DNA of 63,752 nt, filler included, from Dehalococcoidia bacterium (GTDB taxonomy: Bacteria > Chloroflexota > Dehalococcoidia > DSTF01 > JACRBR01): the NCBI GenBank assembly GCA_041494685.1. It is 4 parts of 4 records of this genome, joined end to end, with 100 filler letters (N's around TTAATTAATTAA, not from the genome) between each part and the next. Parts side by side here need not be neighbours in the genome. Positions count along the whole stretch, not along the records: positions 59,721 to 63,752 come from JBGQBE010000076.1; 3 more parts are not named here. The stretch is one strand, 5' to 3'. Shown here piece after piece: positions 61,002 through 63,752 of the stretch. Numbering within the stretch: the first letter of the stretch is position 1; every line of letters starts with the position of its first letter. The notes below the pieces were generated by a model. It did no database searches and was not told where the DNA came from. It was given only the letters and a program-made list of their open reading frames with translations. Both the position numbers and the translations under genes were made by a program.

Positions 61002-61546
61002 AGGGGCGCGCCCTTCATGCCCATCAGCCCCTTGATGAACTGCACCTCGCCCAGGTGCTCGGAGACGTGGCCGATGGCGAAGAAGGCGATCGTCTCGGCC
61101 TTCGACATCACGTCGACGCCGGGGTAGACGCCCGTGAAAAACGGCAGCCGCACCTCGGCGGCCGCTTCGTCGTCGCTGATCTCGGCGAGGTACGCTTTGA
61201 CGCTCGCGCCGACGGCTTTCGCGTACGCGAGCAGAGGCTCGATTCCCAGGCGGATGCGGCCGATCTGCTCGCGCGAGAGGCCGTTGCCGAAGGGCGTGAC
61301 GCCCGTCTCGGTGACGGGCAGCCGCTCCGCCCAGCCCTGCGACGCGAAGACGGTGGGCCGGTGCATGACCATGCCGTGCAGCAGGTCGTCGGTCGCGCGG
61401 TAGGCGTGCCAGATCGCGAAGATGATCGACGTGTCGTGGCCGTCGGGCTGCCACGCAAGCTGCTCCGGCGTCAGCCCCTGCACCAGCAGCTCCGGGTACC
61501 AGAACCAGAACTCGATGTTCTTGCCGAGCGCGACCTGTGCGGCCAT
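60998..61546 (-). CDS. DinB family protein
   Basis: GLTPEQLAWQP, IWH, HVSEHLGEV His pattern. Confidence 0.8.
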   Translation of the reverse strand: MAAQVALGKNIEFWFWYPELLVQGLTPEQLAWQPDGHDTSIIFAIWHAYRATDDLLHGMVMHRPTVFASQGWAERLPVTETGVTPFGNGLSREQIGRIRLGIEPLLAYAKAVGASVKAYLAEISDDEAAAEVRLPFFTGVYPGVDVMSKAETIAFFAIGHVSEHLGEVQFIKGLMGMKGAPL

Positions 61547-61565
61547 ATGACCCTCCTGCGCTGCG

Positions 61566-62435
61566 TTAGCGGACGGACCCTGGAGCGGCGTGGCGGTCGG
61601 CCCATGCGGCGCAGACGACGCCGATGATCAGCAGAGCCGCGCCGAAGACGGCGAACGCCGCGCCGTCGCGGATGGGGATCCAGGCGAGTCCCTGCCCGAT
61701 CAGCAGGAACTCGTGCTGGATGTACTCCGTCTCGCCCTCGGACACGATGCGCATGTAGAAGCGCGCGGCGATACCACCGAACAGCACCGGGATCGCCACC
61801 GCCAGGACGACGCCGCCCACGCTGGCAAGCCGTCCGAAGCCGCGGCAGAGCGCCGCGAGCGTTATGCCCAGGAACGCGCAGAGCGCCGCGAGGACGAACG
61901 TCAGCACGCTCAGGAGTTCGTGGTGGCGGCTGCGGAGGAAGTCCAGTCCGGTGTCCGTAATGCCGCCCACGGTGAACAGGCCGACATCCCGGCTCGACTT
62001 GGGGCTCAGGCGCAGCGGCTCCGTCCCGTGCGCGTACATCAGGTCCGCCGAGCGGTCGATGACGAGGTCGCGCACCTGCTGCTTGCTCCGACCCTTCACC
62101 TCTTCCGGCTGGAGCGGAATGGTGATAGGGAAGTTCTTCAGCTGGACCGTGTCGCCGGGGCCAGCGGCGGCCGCCTGCTGCTGGAGGTCGTCGTAGTTGC
62201 GGTCGATCAGCGGGTCGATCTCCGTGAGCGCGGCGACGGAGCGGCGCAGCGTGCGCTTCGACGCGCCTTCCGCCGTCACCTGGAAGAGTTGCAGTGACAC
62301 CATCAGTGCCGCCAGCGCGAGGAACAGGGAGAATCCGACGCCCCATTTGCCGATGCTGCGCCAGAACAGCGGGGCGTCGTCGGCCACCATGCCGCGGCGG
62401 GAGATCGATCGTCCGTACGTCGGCGAGCCGGCCAT
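61566..62435 (-). CDS. Hypothetical membrane protein
   Basis: 289 aa, four hydrophobic segments, host-like codon usage. Confidence 0.7.
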   Translation of the reverse strand: MAGSPTYGRSISRRGMVADDAPLFWRSIGKWGVGFSLFLALAALMVSLQLFQVTAEGASKRTLRRSVAALTEIDPLIDRNYDDLQQQAAAAGPGDTVQLKNFPITIPLQPEEVKGRSKQQVRDLVIDRSADLMYAHGTEPLRLSPKSSRDVGLFTVGGITDTGLDFLRSRHHELLSVLTFVLAALCAFLGITLAALCRGFGRLASVGGVVLAVAIPVLFGGIAARFYMRIVSEGETEYIQHEFLLIGQGLAWIPIRDGAAFAVFGAALLIIGVVCAAWADRHAAPGSVR

Positions 62436-62438
62436 GCG

Positions 62439-63011
62439 TCAGCCCACCGGTACCGCGACGACGCGCGCGACGCGGTCGTGCAGCGTGCGGTGCCGCGCGT
62501 CACGCATCGCCGACACGAACGCGATGATCGGGGAGGCGATGCAGAGCGTCATCAGCAGGAAGAACACCGCGAGCGACAGCCGGCTGAGCACCAGCGCGAT
62601 GATCGCGATGAGCGGAAACCCGGCAACCAGCGCCATCGGCCAGGAAAAGAGCAGGGGGTTGAAGCAGAACCACCAGGAGAGCGCGCCGCGTGCCCGCAGG
62701 CGCGAGCCGTCCTCGCGCAGCATGCGGATGCCGGCGACGTACTGGCCCGCCGTCTGGCCGCGCGTCAGCAGCACGGTCAGGCTCAACGCGGTCCACGCCA
62801 ACGGCGTGCCGACGCCGATGATGCCCAGGAACGCATACATGCTGTGTTCGCTGTCCGTCGTGGCGCCGTGCGTGACGATGAGGAGTTGCAGGCCTCCGAT
62901 GATCGTGAAGACCATCGCCACAGCGGCGAAGATCACCATGTCGACGAGGTATCCACCGGTGCGGGCGCGGAGGCTGGCGGCGCGCGGTCCGGCGGCGGCG
63001 GTCTCAGGCAA
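62439..63011 (-). CDS. RDD family membrane protein
   Basis: R..GYLVD, GQTAG..AGIR, RTLHDRVA. Confidence 0.85.
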   Translation of the reverse strand: MPETAAAGPRAASLRARTGGYLVDMVIFAAVAMVFTIIGGLQLLIVTHGATTDSEHSMYAFLGIIGVGTPLAWTALSLTVLLTRGQTAGQYVAGIRMLREDGSRLRARGALSWWFCFNPLLFSWPMALVAGFPLIAIIALVLSRLSLAVFFLLMTLCIASPIIAFVSAMRDARHRTLHDRVARVVAVPVG

Positions 63012-63113
63012 TGCGATCTCGTTCGTAGCGATGGCGCGGGCCTCGGCGCGATATGTGACGGCGGGAGTATATCACGGGCGATCCGCGCGCCCGCCGCGCG
63101 ACATAAGCGTCTG

Positions 63114-63752
63114 TCAGACGACTGTCGCGCTTGCGCGTGTGATCGCGCTGTAGGTCTCCGGCTGGCGGTTGCGCACTACGTCAGTGTTCGGCGCGCGCGT
63201 CTTCACGTGGCTGAGCGCGCGGTTCACCTCCGCGCTGATCGAGAGGTCGCGACCCTCCAGCGCGGTCGCCAGCGGCCTGCCAGAAGGATCGATGATCATC
63301 GTCGCGGCGGTGGCCGTCGGGGCGGCGGCGCAGGCCAGGAAGACGCGGTTCTCTTCGGCGCGGGCGCGCGCGAACAGCGTCATCGGCAGTGCCGGATCGT
63401 CCGACGCCCACAGCAGGATCTCCGCGCCGCGCAGCATCAGCGAGCGCGCCACCTCCGGCGCGTACGCCTCGGCGGCCACCAGCAGCCCCACGCGGCCGGC
63501 GGGCGTGCTCGCGACGGGGCAGACCTCGTCGCCCAGCGGCATCGTCTCGAATCGCGCGCCGGGCGGCTTGTGCGACTGGCGGTGCTTCGCGATGACGCCG
63601 CGCGGCCCAAGCAGGTACATCGCCCGCCAGCCTGTGGCGTCCGGCTCGGACACCGTGAACGCGACGCAGACGCCGGTCTCGGCGGCGATCGCCCGCATTC
63701 CCGCCAGCACTTCGTCGTGCGCGTACGCCGCACGCAGGCGCGAGGGCGTCGC
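63114..63752 (-). CDS. Carbon-nitrogen hydrolase (nitrilase) superfamily protein, C-terminal part
   Basis: TPAGRVGLL, PEVARSLMLRGAEIL, ARARAEENRVF, IIDPSG; frame open to the window end. Confidence 0.78.
   Translation of the reverse strand, partial: ATPSRLRAAYAHDEVLAGMRAIAAETGVCVAFTVSEPDATGWRAMYLLGPRGVIAKHRQSHKPPGARFETMPLGDEVCPVASTPAGRVGLLVAAEAYAPEVARSLMLRGAEILLWASDDPALPMTLFARARAEENRVFLACAAAPTATAATMIIDPSGRPLATALEGRDLSISAEVNRALSHVKTRAPNTDVVRNRQPETYSAITRASATVV

Overview
High-GC bacterial sequence, most consistent with a Chloroflexota genome or MAG (inference from the Chlor_Arch_YYY-type protein, DUF4012, T-box regulation and overall gene content). The window is four contigs joined by artificial N/TTAATTAATTAA linkers (20247-20346, 40301-40400, 59621-59720), so adjacency across those gaps is not biological. 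Contig 1: tig (partial), oppABC-like permease cluster, a 1617-aa YYY/GT-C membrane protein, ffh-rpsP-khpA-rimM, tRNA-Ala(CGC), YbaK, a livKHMGF-type transporter and DUF4012. Contig 2: a histidine kinase, hydrolases, ilvE, two Rieske-fold proteins lacking Fe-S ligands, a lower-GC ImmA/IrrE + DUF4411 (PIN) pair, 2-hydroxyacyl-CoA lyase and a lower-GC orphan. Contig 3: pyrF (partial), murI, tatA, and a Trp T-box-led trpB2-trpS-trpE-trpG-trpD-trpC-trpF-trpB operon without trpA, interrupted by four non-trp modules, then GH38, apt and a LuxR + secreted-protein islet. Contig 4: phosphodiesterase, DinB, RDD and nitrilase-like genes. The most striking unexplained signal is a four-helix-bundle (23S-IVS-protein family) gene bracketed by inverted 7-nt tandem arrays that can pair in the mRNA sense. 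A cargo-less inverted heptamer hairpin and a near-identical 28-nt heptamer block occur elsewhere in the window. All family assignments are by motif recognition, not database search.
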